From: a bacterium
GTDB taxonomy: Bacteria; Krumholzibacteriota; Krumholzibacteriia; G020349025
Direction of reading: 5' to 3'
DNA length: 41,687 nt
NCBI GenBank assembly: GCA_031362565.1
Contig: JANLSU010000076.1
Span: 1 to 41,687, forward strand
Below the pieces are notes generated by a model. The model saw only the letters and a list, made by a program, of their open reading frames with translations, had not been told where the DNA came from and did not search any database. Both the position numbers and the translations under genes were made by a program. Shown here piece by piece: positions 19,479-30,280 of the stretch (positions are counted from its first letter, which is position 1; each line of letters starts with the position of its first letter).

Positions 19479-21245
19479 TCAGTGCGCCACCCGCGCGAAG
19501 TAATAGAAGAAGCCGATCGGCAGGCGGGCACCGCGGAGTTCGTAGTCGTGCGCGAATTCCGTCGACTGAGTGAGCTCGAGTTCCGAAACGCCGCGGGCAC
19601 CTTCCAATACTGTCGCGCGCGGGACTTGGGTCGGAAACAGGTGGCCCTTGTCGAAGAGGATGATGTCCGGCCGCCGTTCGAGGACATACTCGCCGTCGCC
19701 CTTTTCGTGACCCGGGGCCCCGGTACCCATTGTCGACATCTTGCGATGTCCGATGTGCCGGTCGGTCAGGCCCATCATGTCGATCACCGGACGGTCGGCG
19801 TAATAGGGGAGTGCGCCGATGCTGGATACCGCGATGACGGCGTCCTTGGGAGTATGATCGCGCAACCACTCGCCGACGCCCCGGAGTTGTTCGTTGTGTT
19901 CGCGCCGCGCCGCCGGCCACCGGCGCTCTGCCAGCAAGCTGAGGAAGCGTCCTTCGCTTTGAACAAACACCAGCGACGCGACCGCGAATGCGACAAGCGT
20001 GCCGCCGATCTGCACCCGGCGTGCTGACCCGAGCAGCAGCACGAATGTGCGCAGGCCTTCCTGGAACAAGAGATAGAGCAAGACGAGAACCGGCATGTGG
20101 AACCGGCCGGTCGGCTCGTAATCGCCGCCCACGATCCACACATAAGCGATGTAGGCGACGACGAGCAGCAACGCGACGCTGAGTGCCTCGTCGCGCGGCC
20201 GCCCCGTGAACCAGCGCGTCCAGGGGGCCCGCGCAGGGGGCGCGGTGCTGCCGCCCGCGTGGGGCGCCGCGCCGCCGCCCGCGTGGGGCACCCCGCTGCC
20301 GCTCGCCCTCGCGCCCACCCTTCGCCGCACCGCCGCAACGATCGGCATCAGCAACGCCACCGCCAGCAGCGGCAGCGTGACCGAATACACGAACGTGTGC
20401 CACGTGTAACGCCCGCCGCGCAGGAACTGCGCCGTCGTGTAGCCCACCTTGGCGTAGAACGTGTTTGGCAGCAGCGCACCGTAGTACGCGACGCGAAACG
20501 CCTCGAGCGGCACCACGAGCGCTGCGTAGACCAGCAACGCCCGCCGCAACCGCCCCCCTGGTTCACCGCGCCACACACCGACCAACGACCAACCACCCAG
20601 CAACGCGAAAATCATCGCGCCCTCGGGCCGCACCAAGGTCGCCACGCCGCACCACACGGCCCACAACCCGGGCCGCCGCTCTCCGCTGTCGCGCCGCTCC
20701 TCCAGAAACGTCACATACGCCGCGAACACCAAGCTCGCGAACGCCATCGTTTCGAGGCCCGAAAGCGACTCCATCACGAACGCCATGTTGAAAGCCAGAA
20801 ACGCCGGTGTGATGATCGAATACCAACTGGCACCCAAGCGCTTCTCGGTGAAGACGAACGCCGCAGCCATCAGTCCAAGAGCCAACGCCGCACCCAACAA
20901 CTGCGCGGCCTTCGCGGGGTCGGCGCCGACGAGCAGAGGTGGCGCCGAAAGCAGCGTCCACAAGAAATTCGTGACACCCTCGACATGTTCGCCGGGATTC
21001 ATGACGAGTCCTGAGCCGCGCACCAAGTTGCGAGCATATCGAAACGAAATGAACGCGTCGTCGTGGATGCACCAATCGAAGTACAAATAGCGGGCGCGGA
21101 CCCCGTAGCCGAGTGCCACCAGCAACAATGCCCAACGCACGAGACGCCACGGCACGTGCCCCGCCACCGCTCCTCTCGCCGCCGCCGGCGCGACCCGCGC
21201 CTTCCGGCCGCCCGTCACCCCGGGCCCGGCGCGCTCGCGTTTCAT
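19479..21245 (-). CDS. Polytopic membrane protein, GT-C-fold glycosyltransferase-like
   Basis: DDAFISFRYARNL..G.GLV.NPGE.VEG.TNFLW, SGLET, RPEG, PNTFYAK, GGDY motifs; many TM helices; ATGA-coupled to the GT9 gene. Confidence 0.75.
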   Translation of the reverse strand: MKRERAGPGVTGGRKARVAPAAARGAVAGHVPWRLVRWALLLVALGYGVRARYLYFDWCIHDDAFISFRYARNLVRGSGLVMNPGEHVEGVTNFLWTLLSAPPLLVGADPAKAAQLLGAALALGLMAAAFVFTEKRLGASWYSIITPAFLAFNMAFVMESLSGLETMAFASLVFAAYVTFLEERRDSGERRPGLWAVWCGVATLVRPEGAMIFALLGGWSLVGVWRGEPGGRLRRALLVYAALVVPLEAFRVAYYGALLPNTFYAKVGYTTAQFLRGGRYTWHTFVYSVTLPLLAVALLMPIVAAVRRRVGARASGSGVPHAGGGAAPHAGGSTAPPARAPWTRWFTGRPRDEALSVALLLVVAYIAYVWIVGGDYEPTGRFHMPVLVLLYLLFQEGLRTFVLLLGSARRVQIGGTLVAFAVASLVFVQSEGRFLSLLAERRWPAARREHNEQLRGVGEWLRDHTPKDAVIAVSSIGALPYYADRPVIDMMGLTDRHIGHRKMSTMGTGAPGHEKGDGEYVLERRPDIILFDKGHLFPTQVPRATVLEGARGVSELELTQSTEFAHDYELRGARLPIGFFYYFARVAH

Positions 21246-22144
21246 GCCGTGCCGCGAACGGCCGCGTGAACCGCCTCGCGCATACGTTCGAGCGGAATGA
21301 GCTGCATGCAGTTCGGCGCCACATCACAGTCGCGCAAATAGCAGCAGATGCAGCCGATGGGGCTGACGATCTTGGTGAGCCGCCCGTAACCATGGATCTC
21401 GGGGGCGCTCGTTGGGCCGAAGACGGCGATCGTCGGTTTGCCGAGGGCGAGCGCGATATGCATCGTCAACGTATCGCCGGTCACGACAACGCCGCAACTG
21501 TTGACGTCGGCGATGAAGTCTCGCAAGTCATCGCGCTGTTCGAAAACGTACGGATCGAATCCGTCGGCGCGCAGTGCATCAACCAGGGCGGGATACTCCA
21601 CCCAGCGCTTCCACTTCCAGCGCGCATCGGCGCGCATCTCGATACCGATGCGCCGCCGGTCGGCGTCACGCCCCGGCGTTCCGAAAACGTAATCCTCGTC
21701 GGCAAACCGCAGCCCGAACATCTCGAACAAGTGTTCCTGATAGCTGCGGGTATTCAGCCGCTTGAGCTCGTCAGCGCGCGCCTTGCCGAAGCGTGACACC
21801 AAGCCCATGTCGTACCACGATTGTGCCGAGGCAGCGTAACCGACGGTGCCGTTGGCCAACTGCGCACCCACGTGCCGGTCGTAGCGCACGAGATCCAGCA
21901 GTCGGCAGGCGTCGGGTTCATCGTCCAGGCACGCCGCGAGCCGGAAATGGCGCCCCTGGAGGCGTTCAGCAGCCGCTTCGAACGGAATGAGTTCGCCGAT
22001 TTGCGGAATGTTTTCAAGCAGCGGCATCGACACCGGGCGCGTGACCCACGTGACCGGTCCCGGCAACGCCCGCAGGAGCGTCGTCGTGCGCAGCACGTCG
22101 CCCATGGCGCCGAGCTTGATGATCAGCGTCTCTGAAACCGACAT
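21242..22144 (-). CDS. Glycosyltransferase family 9 (LPS heptosyltransferase-like)
   Basis: IIKLGAMGDVLRTT, KRW, VVTGDT..MHIALALGKPTIAVFGPT, C..C...C...CM tail. Confidence 0.9.
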   Translation of the reverse strand: MSVSETLIIKLGAMGDVLRTTTLLRALPGPVTWVTRPVSMPLLENIPQIGELIPFEAAAERLQGRHFRLAACLDDEPDACRLLDLVRYDRHVGAQLANGTVGYAASAQSWYDMGLVSRFGKARADELKRLNTRSYQEHLFEMFGLRFADEDYVFGTPGRDADRRRIGIEMRADARWKWKRWVEYPALVDALRADGFDPYVFEQRDDLRDFIADVNSCGVVVTGDTLTMHIALALGKPTIAVFGPTSAPEIHGYGRLTKIVSPIGCICCYLRDCDVAPNCMQLIPLERMREAVHAAVRGTA

Positions 22145-22624
22145 CCAGCCATCCGAAGATCGTGAGCGGAAGGACGCACCCGAATGCGCCGCCACCGGCC
22201 AGGCAGGTCCGAAAGCCTGGGCCGAGAACACGCAGACACCCACCACAGGGCAGGGCCAATTCTACCACAGGAACGTGACAAGCCTGCCGGTCGATGGCCG
22301 CCCACGGTTCCACCCGATGCGGGCAAGTCCCGCATTCCGTGGGCATTCGCGGCGCGCGGCCGGCCTGCCGCCGGGCGTTGCACGGCGCGGCACGCACGTT
22401 GCCTTACTCCCTTCAACCGGATCTGCGGTGCGGCCCGAGACCTCTCTGCGGTTCTGTGAAATTGCGCTGAACCACGGATCGGTTCAGCGCGCCGGCTCGG
22501 GAAGCAGGGATGCTTTCGCGAGCGATGGGTGCCTTGGCGCCCGCGTTCGACCCGACCGGCACCCTCTGCCCTTCGAATTCTGGACCTGCGTTCCCGGCGG
22601 CGCCCTTGCTGGACCGGAGGATCG

Positions 22625-23848
22625 ATGGCTGACCGCAGGAGCCTTCTGTACCTGGCGCGCGAACTGCCGCTGCCCGTCGTGGGCGAGGCGCGGCTGCGCA
22701 CGTACAACTGGCTCATCCACCTTTCCAAACACTTCGACATCACGTTTGTGGCGCCGGCGCGCACTGCGTCCGACGAACACTACGTGGAAGCCGTGCGGCC
22801 GTACTGCACAGCGGTCCATATGCCGCCCCTGCACGCGCCGCACCTCGTGCGCCGCATCGTGGGACGTCTGGCGGCCGAAGCGCGCTACATCGTGTGTGGG
22901 CTGCCACCCGAAGCGAATGCGCTGCAAAACGGACCGGCGGGGGTACTCGTTCGCGCCCTTGGCGGGGCGGATGGCTTCGATATCGTGTTCACCGAGCGCT
23001 GGACCTGGGGCCACGCGGTGCTGGCGCTCGGTCGCGATTCGGTGTTGGACGCGGGCGCCCTCCAGGCACCGCGCGACGAGGATACGCTGCGAGCCTCTCG
23101 CAACCCGGTCCGGCGCGTACTGCGCCGAGTTCTGTCGCGTGCCGCGGCACGGCACGAGGCGCGAGTGGTGCAAGCGGCCGGTCTCGTCCTGACACTCTCG
23201 CCCGCGGATGGGCAGGCGGTCGCGACGTTCTGCGGTCCGAGCCGCGCCGTCACGTTGCCGGCCGGACTCGACACGCGCTATTTCATGCCGCAACGCGCCC
23301 AGGTGGATCAACGCGAAATCGCCTTTTATGGTGCGCTCGCGAACCCCACCCAACGTGACGCGCTGCTGCACTTGCAACGTGATGTGATGCCATGGGTGCG
23401 CGAATCCGTGCGTGCAGCGCGCTTGACGGTCGTCGATGCAGAGCCCATCCCCGAGACTCGCGACGCCCTCGTGACCGATCCGCTGTTCGGATTCACCGGC
23501 GTCCTGGAGGATCCCCGGCCAGAGTTGTGGCGCGCCGCAGTGGCTGCGTTACCATTGCGTTTCGGTGCCGGATCCACGACGCGCCTGGCCCAACTCCTCG
23601 CCCTCGGCGTCCCCGTTGTGGCCACGCCCAACGTCGTGCGTGCCCTCGGTTTGCAGTCGGGCGAGGGGGTCCTCGTCGCGCACGATGGGCCCGAATTCGC
23701 CCGCCTCCTCATTCAAGTGCTCACCGATGCCTCGTTGCGCGACGATTTGTCGCGCCGCGGGCGCGCTGTCGCCGAGTCCCGCCTGTCGCTCGATGTGACA
23801 TACCACCGCTGGAGTGCGCGTTTCGCCGCCGGCACCCTCATTCATTGA
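22625..23848 (+). CDS. Glycosyltransferase family 4-like protein
   Basis: LP.G...RTYN N-terminus; LPAGLDT.YF; PLRFGAG...LGVPVVAT; GGAGG RBS. Confidence 0.8.
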   Translation: MADRRSLLYLARELPLPVVGEARLRTYNWLIHLSKHFDITFVAPARTASDEHYVEAVRPYCTAVHMPPLHAPHLVRRIVGRLAAEARYIVCGLPPEANALQNGPAGVLVRALGGADGFDIVFTERWTWGHAVLALGRDSVLDAGALQAPRDEDTLRASRNPVRRVLRRVLSRAAARHEARVVQAAGLVLTLSPADGQAVATFCGPSRAVTLPAGLDTRYFMPQRAQVDQREIAFYGALANPTQRDALLHLQRDVMPWVRESVRAARLTVVDAEPIPETRDALVTDPLFGFTGVLEDPRPELWRAAVAALPLRFGAGSTTRLAQLLALGVPVVATPNVVRALGLQSGEGVLVAHDGPEFARLLIQVLTDASLRDDLSRRGRAVAESRLSLDVTYHRWSARFAAGTLIH

Positions 23849-23893
23849 TGTTCAGCCGCCGTTGAAACCGGCACGTCCGTCGCAAGAGTTCCC

Positions 23894-24967
23894 ATGGAAA
23901 CGGCTGCGGTGCCGGGGGGCTGTATGCGGTGTTGGCGGAAATACGGGTGCGCGGAATCCGTCCTACGAGTGTGTGGACTGGCACTTGTGGTGGCGGGGTT
24001 GCTTTTCCCCGGTGCGGCGTCGGCGCGCGCCGATCGCGTCCTTGCACCGCATGTCTACGCCCAAGGTGTCGACCCGCAGAACGTCGCGGCCTTCGAACTC
24101 TTGCTCCTGCAGCAAATGCAGGATCACTTGCAAGACCGTCTCGTCCAGGACCACTTCCCGGAAGCGGCGTGCCCGGACGCCGACTGCGCCGCGCGGCGCG
24201 CCCGCCGGGTCGGCAGTGATGCCGCCTTCATCTGCACGTTGACGCGTATCGGCGAAAAGCACATCGCGACGCTGCAGCGTGTCGATGCGTCCGGGCGGAT
24301 CGCGTGGACGCATCAGTTGTCGGCGGCGCGCGCCGAGGACTTGGATGAGCTCGCAGCCCGCCTCGGCAGTGAAACCGGGCCGCGATTCAGCGCGTCGCCG
24401 TCGCCGGCTCCCGCGCCGGCTCCGCGCTCACCGGCATCACACGAAGACACGTCGCCGCTCGCCCCGGCTCCGTCTGCTGCGCTTGGGCTGCAACGCGGCA
24501 CGACCCTGCAAGGGCCGCGCGTCGGCTCCATCGTGCCAGTTGGTCACTCTTTCGCAGGTGCTCCCGGCCTCACTTCTTTCGCGTGGGTGTGGCGGCACCA
24601 AACCCCAGCGTTTGCGGTCGAGGCCGTTCCCGCGCTCGGCTACACGTGGGGCGGCAACGATCACAGCAATGTGCGCGACTGGTCCGTACTCGATCTCTTC
24701 ATGAGTTGGTCGCCGTTGCACACGGACGTCGCGCCCTTCGCCGGCGCCGGACTCGGTTTGCATGGGATGTGGCTCGAACGCGAGCAGCAATCCGAACGGG
24801 CGCTCGCGGTCACACTCGCCCTTGGCGGCGGCTTGACCCTGTTCCGCACCTACGACTTCCAGGTCGCATTCGACGCCCGCTACCACGTGGTCCTACACGA
24901 CTTCGAATCCATCGGCGGCGGCGGCGCCCACGGGCTACTCTTCACTTTCGGCCTCCAGAGGCGATGA
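23894..24967 (+). CDS. Exported protein: N-terminal periplasmic domain, Pro/Ala linker, C-terminal outer-membrane beta-barrel-like domain
   Basis: Signal-like LALVVAGLLFPGAASA; CxxxxC; APAPAP linker; APFAGAGLG, LGGGL, DARYH, terminal LFTFG strands; start uncertain. Confidence 0.55.
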   Translation: METAAVPGGCMRCWRKYGCAESVLRVCGLALVVAGLLFPGAASARADRVLAPHVYAQGVDPQNVAAFELLLLQQMQDHLQDRLVQDHFPEAACPDADCAARRARRVGSDAAFICTLTRIGEKHIATLQRVDASGRIAWTHQLSAARAEDLDELAARLGSETGPRFSASPSPAPAPAPRSPASHEDTSPLAPAPSAALGLQRGTTLQGPRVGSIVPVGHSFAGAPGLTSFAWVWRHQTPAFAVEAVPALGYTWGGNDHSNVRDWSVLDLFMSWSPLHTDVAPFAGAGLGLHGMWLEREQQSERALAVTLALGGGLTLFRTYDFQVAFDARYHVVLHDFESIGGGGAHGLLFTFGLQRR

Positions 24968-25087
24968 AGGCTTGGCCTGGACCCCAAGGCTGGGTATGCT
25001 GTTCCACTGTCGGTGGTGCACCCCTTTGCTGTGAGGGCGGCGCCTCTTCCGACGCCCATGGCGCTCCACGTGGGGGGATGATTCGCC

Positions 25088-27004
25088 GTGCCTGTGACCG
25101 CGACCCAACTCGAGACTCGCATGGCCGCCCACTTGGATGTGGCGCGCCGGCATCTCGAGCGGCTACGCAACGTGTCCACCACTCGTACCATCGACAATGC
25201 GCTCGCACCCTATGACGAAATTGCCATCGAGCTGGACGCCGGCATGAGTTACGCCGGTTTGCTCGAGCGCGTCCACCCGGACGCCGCGGTACGCGCCGCG
25301 GCCGAGAAGTGGACCCAGGAACTGTCGCAATTCGCGACCGCCTTGTCGCTCGACCGCGGCGTCTACGACGCGCTACGCGCCGTCGGGATGGACGGCGCGG
25401 ATGCGGCCACCACGCACTACATGCGCCGCACGCTGCGTGATTTCCGCCGCTCGGGCGTTGACAAGGACGAACCGGACCGCGAGCGTATTCGCGCTCTCAA
25501 CGAAGAACTGGTGCTCATCGGCCAGGAATTCGCGCGCAATATCCAGAGTGACAAACGCTCGGTGGTGGTCACGGCGGCCGACCTAGAAGGGCTGCCCGAG
25601 GACTACGTGAAGGCGCATCCGCCCGATCTCGAGGGCCGGATCACGGTCACGACCGACTATCCCGACTACATGCCGTTCATGTCGTATTCGAAGAGCGGCA
25701 CGGCACGCGAGGCACTGTATCGCGCTTTCAGAAGCCGCGGCACGCCGGCGAATCTGGACGTGCTCGACCGGATGCTCGAGCGGCGCCACCGCTTGGCGCG
25801 CCTCTTGGGTTACGAGAGCTGGGCCCAGTACATCACCGAAGACAAGATGATCGCCAGCGACACGGCGGCGCGCGATTTCGTCGAGCGCATCGCAGGCGTC
25901 GGGCTCGACCGGGCGCGGCGCGACTATGCGGAACTTCTCGAGCGCAAGCGGCTGGACGAGCCAGGCGCGACCCACGTGCACGATTGGGAAAAAGACTACC
26001 TCGACGAGCGCGTCAAGGCCGAACGCTATCGATTCGATTCGCAGGAAGTGCGCCCCTACTTTCCCTACGAGCAGGTCAAGCAAGGCATTCTCGATGTGAC
26101 CGCTCGTTTATTCGGAGTCGAATTCCGGCGCGTCACGGACGGCGACACCTGGGCGCCCGACGTCGAAACCTACGACCTGTACGAGAACGGCGAGCGCACC
26201 GGACGCTTCCATCTCGACATGCACCCGCGGGCCGAAAAATACAAACACGCGGCCCAGTTCAACATCGTCAACGGACTCGCCGGCCGCCAGTTGCCGGAGG
26301 CCGCGCTCGTGTGCAATTTCCCGGGCGGCGAACCCGGCGATGCGGGCCTCCTGGAGCACGATGACGTCGTGACATTCTTCCACGAGTTCGGACATCTGCT
26401 GCACAATCTGTTCGCCGGCAACCAGCGCTGGATGGGTGTGGCCGGTATCAGCACCGAGTGGGACTTCGTCGAGGCCCCGTCCCAAATGCTCGAGGAATGG
26501 GGCTGGGACGTGCGCGTCCTGCAAACGTTTGGACGCCATCATGAAACCGGTGAGCCGATCCCCGCGGAGACCGTCGAACGCATGCGCCGGGCGCGCGAAT
26601 TCGGCCGCGGGGTCTATGTGCGCCAACAGATGTCGTATGCCATGCTGTCGCTGCGCTTGCACGGCGGTGATCCGACCGGTGTCGATACGACGGCAATCGT
26701 GCGTGATGTGCAGAATCAGTACAGCATGTTCCGGTACGTCGAGGGCACCAGTTTCCATGCCAGCTTCGGACATCTCGACGGCTATTCGGCCATCTACTAC
26801 ACGTACATGTGGTCGCTGGTCATCGCACGTGATCTCTTCAGCCAGTTCGACGCGCGCGACTTGATGGCGCCGGGGACTGCCGGCCGCTATCGCGACAGCA
26901 TCCTGGCCGCGGGTGGTTCGGCGCCCGCCGCAGAACTGGTGCGGCGATTCCTGGGTCGCGACTTCAACTTCGATGCCTACGAGGCTTGGTTGAACGCCGT
27001 CTGA
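25088..27004 (+). CDS. M3 family (thimet/oligopeptidase A-like) zinc metallopeptidase
   Basis: FFHEFGHLLH, DFVEAPSQMLEEW, FGHL.GY.A.YY.Y.WS. Confidence 0.93.
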   Translation: MPVTATQLETRMAAHLDVARRHLERLRNVSTTRTIDNALAPYDEIAIELDAGMSYAGLLERVHPDAAVRAAAEKWTQELSQFATALSLDRGVYDALRAVGMDGADAATTHYMRRTLRDFRRSGVDKDEPDRERIRALNEELVLIGQEFARNIQSDKRSVVVTAADLEGLPEDYVKAHPPDLEGRITVTTDYPDYMPFMSYSKSGTAREALYRAFRSRGTPANLDVLDRMLERRHRLARLLGYESWAQYITEDKMIASDTAARDFVERIAGVGLDRARRDYAELLERKRLDEPGATHVHDWEKDYLDERVKAERYRFDSQEVRPYFPYEQVKQGILDVTARLFGVEFRRVTDGDTWAPDVETYDLYENGERTGRFHLDMHPRAEKYKHAAQFNIVNGLAGRQLPEAALVCNFPGGEPGDAGLLEHDDVVTFFHEFGHLLHNLFAGNQRWMGVAGISTEWDFVEAPSQMLEEWGWDVRVLQTFGRHHETGEPIPAETVERMRRAREFGRGVYVRQQMSYAMLSLRLHGGDPTGVDTTAIVRDVQNQYSMFRYVEGTSFHASFGHLDGYSAIYYTYMWSLVIARDLFSQFDARDLMAPGTAGRYRDSILAAGGSAPAAELVRRFLGRDFNFDAYEAWLNAV

Positions 27005-27033
27005 CGCATGCATTCAACTCCGAGGGGGGGACG

Positions 27034-27987
27034 ATGCGTTCCACACGTCGCGCCATTGTGATCCTTGGATGCTTGCTGGGAATCGCGCCCGTCGCCGGTT
27101 GTGCGCCGCACCGCATCTCGCCCGGTGAGGGCTTCGTGCTAGTACCGGGCGGACGGGTGTGGTGGAAGATCGTCGGCAGCGGCAGCCGCACGCCGCTTTT
27201 GGTCCTGCACGGCGGCCCCGGCGCTTCGAGCCTTTACTTGAAGCCACTCGAAGCGCTGGCCGACGAACGCCCCGTCGTCTTCTACGACCAATTGGGTGGC
27301 GGCCAGTCCGATCGGCCCAACGACAACACGCTGTGGACGACCGAGCACTACGTCGCGGAATTGGCGCGCGTGCGCCAGAAGCTCGGACTCACCAAAGTTC
27401 ATTTGTATGGCCACTCGTGGGGCTCGATGATCGCCACCGACTACATGTTGACGCAGCCCAAGGGCGTCGAGAGTTTAATCCTCGCCAGCCCGGCGCTTAG
27501 CGTGCCGCTTTGGGAGAAGGACGCAAAAGCGCTCCTCGCGACCTTGCCCGACTCCATCCAAACCACGCTCGTCAGACTCGACAATGAGAAGAAGTACGAC
27601 TCGCCGGAGTATCAGGCGGCCACCATGGTCTTCTACGGCATGTACTTGGCACGCCGCCAGCCGTGGTCGTCGGAGTTGACAAAATCGTTCGGTGAGCTCA
27701 ATACCGTCATCTACAATTACATGCAAGGCCCGAGCGAGTTCAAGATCACCGGGACGCTGAAGAACTACGATCGCACCCCGCGCCTGCACGAAATCGCGGC
27801 GCCGACGCTGTTCGTAGCCGGCCAGTACGACGAAGCCACTCCGGCAACGGTCGAATACTTCAAGAGCCTGGTGCCCGGCGCCGAAATCGCCATCATCCCG
27901 GACGCCGCCCACATGGCGATGCAGGACGAGCCGGAGAAATACGTGCAGGTGCTACGCGATTTCCTGCGCAAGGCCGACGCGCAGTAG
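27034..27987 (+). CDS. Proline iminopeptidase family alpha/beta hydrolase, probable lipoprotein
   Basis: LHGGPG, YDQLG.G.S, GHSWG nucleophile, GQYDE, H; signal peptide with VAGC lipobox. Confidence 0.88.
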   Translation: MRSTRRAIVILGCLLGIAPVAGCAPHRISPGEGFVLVPGGRVWWKIVGSGSRTPLLVLHGGPGASSLYLKPLEALADERPVVFYDQLGGGQSDRPNDNTLWTTEHYVAELARVRQKLGLTKVHLYGHSWGSMIATDYMLTQPKGVESLILASPALSVPLWEKDAKALLATLPDSIQTTLVRLDNEKKYDSPEYQAATMVFYGMYLARRQPWSSELTKSFGELNTVIYNYMQGPSEFKITGTLKNYDRTPRLHEIAAPTLFVAGQYDEATPATVEYFKSLVPGAEIAIIPDAAHMAMQDEPEKYVQVLRDFLRKADAQ

Positions 27988-28806
27988 TCACACCGCGCGA
28001 GCGACGATGCGCGCCAGGTGCGCGCCGTCGAAGAAACCCTCGCGTGACGCCAGGATCTCCAAATCCGGAAACGCCTGCGCCAGTTCGCCCGGCCGCAGCA
28101 AGTGCTTCGGGTTGCGCGGGTGCCCGAGTTCCGCCTGATCCGTGGTGAACGTTTCATAAACGAGCAACCCGCCCGGATTAACGCAGCGCGCCAACGGCCG
28201 GAAGAGCGCCCGATCCAAGAACCGCACCACAACGACCACATCCGCACGCACATCGTCGAGGGCACCCGGGAATTCGACGTTCATCTGCTGAGTGCGCACC
28301 GTGACACCGAGCCGCCCGGCGCGGTCCCGCGTACGCTCGAGTGCGTCGGGCAGAATGTCGAGACCCAGAACATCCAAGCCTTGGAGCGCGAGCCACACGG
28401 CGTCGCGGCCCGATCCACAGGCGACATCGAGTGCAGTCGCGCCGCGTGGCATCGGGTGCAAGGTGAGCGCCTCACGGAGCGCGTCCGATGGTTCCCACAA
28501 GTGGCGGCGTGATGGCACGCCGGTCTCGACTGCCAAGTGCTCGCGCCAAGTCTCATCCGCAAAATGCCGCACGTCCGGATGGCCGGCAGCCAACAACGCC
28601 TTGACCACGAGCGGCATGCGCGGCGCCGGCCCGCCGACGAGGACCAGCGGCCGGGTGCGCGGCGGCAAGAGGTAGGCGCGATACAGGAGATCGTCGACTT
28701 CGAGCCGCACCGATTCGGCGGGGCGGTCGACGGCATGCGCAGCTTCGGACCGCAGGTCGATGGCGGCGGCGTGGCGTAGCGATGCGTCGGCTGAGGTGCG
28801 CTTCAT
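27988..28806 (-). CDS. Class I SAM-dependent methyltransferase (TehB-like) with a degenerate rhodanese-like N-terminus
   Basis: ALDVACGSGRDAVWLA, VVRFLDR, PGGLLVYETF, LLRPGEL; 1 nt after the hldE stop. Confidence 0.8.
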   Translation of the reverse strand: MKRTSADASLRHAAAIDLRSEAAHAVDRPAESVRLEVDDLLYRAYLLPPRTRPLVLVGGPAPRMPLVVKALLAAGHPDVRHFADETWREHLAVETGVPSRRHLWEPSDALREALTLHPMPRGATALDVACGSGRDAVWLALQGLDVLGLDILPDALERTRDRAGRLGVTVRTQQMNVEFPGALDDVRADVVVVVRFLDRALFRPLARCVNPGGLLVYETFTTDQAELGHPRNPKHLLRPGELAQAFPDLEILASREGFFDGAHLARIVARAV

Positions 28807-28807
28807 G

Positions 28808-30280
28808 TCATGGCGTGTGGCGCTCGACGATGCGCCGCACGAGATCCGTAGTCGAGAAGCCTTCCACGACCGGCACAAGCTCGACATGTCCGCCGTAGCT
28901 CTCGACGAAATCGCGGCCCACGACGCGTTCCAAGCTGTAGTCGCCGCCCTTGACGAGCACGTCCGGCCGCAGCGCTTCGATGAGTTTCATGGGCGTGTCT
29001 TCGGCAAAGAGCGTCACGTAGTCGACCGCATCGAGTGCCGCCAGCACGTGGGCGCGCTCGGCTTGGCCGATGAGCGGGCGCTTGTCGCCCTTCAGAGCAT
29101 GGATCGACGCGTCGTCGTTGATGCCGACCACCAGCAAGTCACCCAGCGACCGCGCCTTGCGCAGTAACTGAATGTGCCCGACGTGCAGAATGTCGAAGCA
29201 GCCATTCGTGAAGACGACGCGTTTCCCCTGGCCGCGAGCCCGCGATACGACGCGCTGTAAATCGTGGGCGCCGAGGATCTTCGTGCCCTCGTAGTGCGGT
29301 CCGCCCTCGAGTTCGGTCAAGAGTTCGCGATAACTGACCGGCGCCGCACCAATCTTCGCGACCTCGATGCCGGCCGCCATGTTGGCGAGCTGCGCCGCCG
29401 CTTCCATCTCCGCGCCGCGGAAGAGCGCCATCGCGAAAACCGCAATCACCGTGTCGCCGGCGCCCGTGACATCGAACACTTCTTGTGCCGCCGACGCGAT
29501 GTGAACGGGCGGACGCTCGGTGCGGAGCAACGTCATGCCATCCTTGCCGCGCGTCACCAGGAGTGCCGTGCCGCGGATCTCGTTCAGCACCTTGGTGCCG
29601 GCGTAGATGATTTCTGCATCATTGCCGGCGGGTGACACGGCGGCCGCTTCCAATTCCTTGCGGTTCGGAGTCACGACGTCGAAGCCCATGTAACGCGAGT
29701 AGTCGGTGCCCTTGGGATCGGCGAGAATGAGTTTGCTCTGGCCCTGCGCCAGACGGCGGGCTGCCGACAGCACTTCGCGTGTCAGCACACCCTTACCGTA
29801 GTCGCTGCAGACGATGCCGTCGACATCGCCGAGGCGGGCGCCGATTTGCTCCAAAAGCGCTTGCTGCAATTCGTCGCTCAGTCGCTGGCGCTCCTCGCGG
29901 TCGATACGTAGCATCTGCTGCGAGCCGGCCATGACGCGCAATTTGGACGTCGTGGGACGCAATGCATCGACCAGGATCATGTCGTGAATGCCCTGGGAGG
30001 TCACCAGTTCGCGAAGCCGCACGCCCTTGGCATCGTCGCCTACGACGCCAGCAAGCCACACTTCGCAGCCGAGCGCTACCAAGTTCTGCGCGACGTTCGC
30101 CGCGCCACCCAACCCGTCGTGCGACGAAATCCATTCGAGCACCTGCACCGGTGCTTCGGGGGAGACGCGCTCGACGCTGCCCCAGATATATTCGTCCAAC
30201 ATGAGGTCGCCGAGTACGAGGACGCGCGCGCCGCGGGCGCGTTCGAGCAAAGCGCGCAGATCTTCGGTCGTGGCCGTCAC
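28808..30280 (-). CDS. hldE: Bifunctional D-glycero-beta-D-manno-heptose-7-phosphate kinase / heptose-1-phosphate adenylyltransferase
   Basis: GDLMLDEY...[21 protein letters not shown], then [21 protein letters not shown]. Confidence 0.96.
   Translation of the reverse strand: MTATTEDLRALLERARGARVLVLGDLMLDEYIWGSVERVSPEAPVQVLEWISSHDGLGGAANVAQNLVALGCEVWLAGVVGDDAKGVRLRELVTSQGIHDMILVDALRPTTSKLRVMAGSQQMLRIDREERQRLSDELQQALLEQIGARLGDVDGIVCSDYGKGVLTREVLSAARRLAQGQSKLILADPKGTDYSRYMGFDVVTPNRKELEAAAVSPAGNDAEIIYAGTKVLNEIRGTALLVTRGKDGMTLLRTERPPVHIASAAQEVFDVTGAGDTVIAVFAMALFRGAEMEAAAQLANMAAGIEVAKIGAAPVSYRELLTELEGGPHYEGTKILGAHDLQRVVSRARGQGKRVVFTNGCFDILHVGHIQLLRKARSLGDLLVVGINDDASIHALKGDKRPLIGQAERAHVLAALDAVDYVTLFAEDTPMKLIEALRPDVLVKGGDYSLERVVGRDFVESYGGHVELVPVVEGFSTTDLVRRIVERHTP

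Noticed and set aside
20240..20300. Duplicated PHAGG segment in the GT-C-like gene as a separate element
   Set aside because: Short in-frame low-complexity loop duplication with no independent significance
25088..27987. M3 peptidase and proline iminopeptidase as RiPP maturation enzymes for the MNIO
   Set aside because: More than 6 kb away, separated by unrelated oppositely oriented glycosylation genes; both are common housekeeping families
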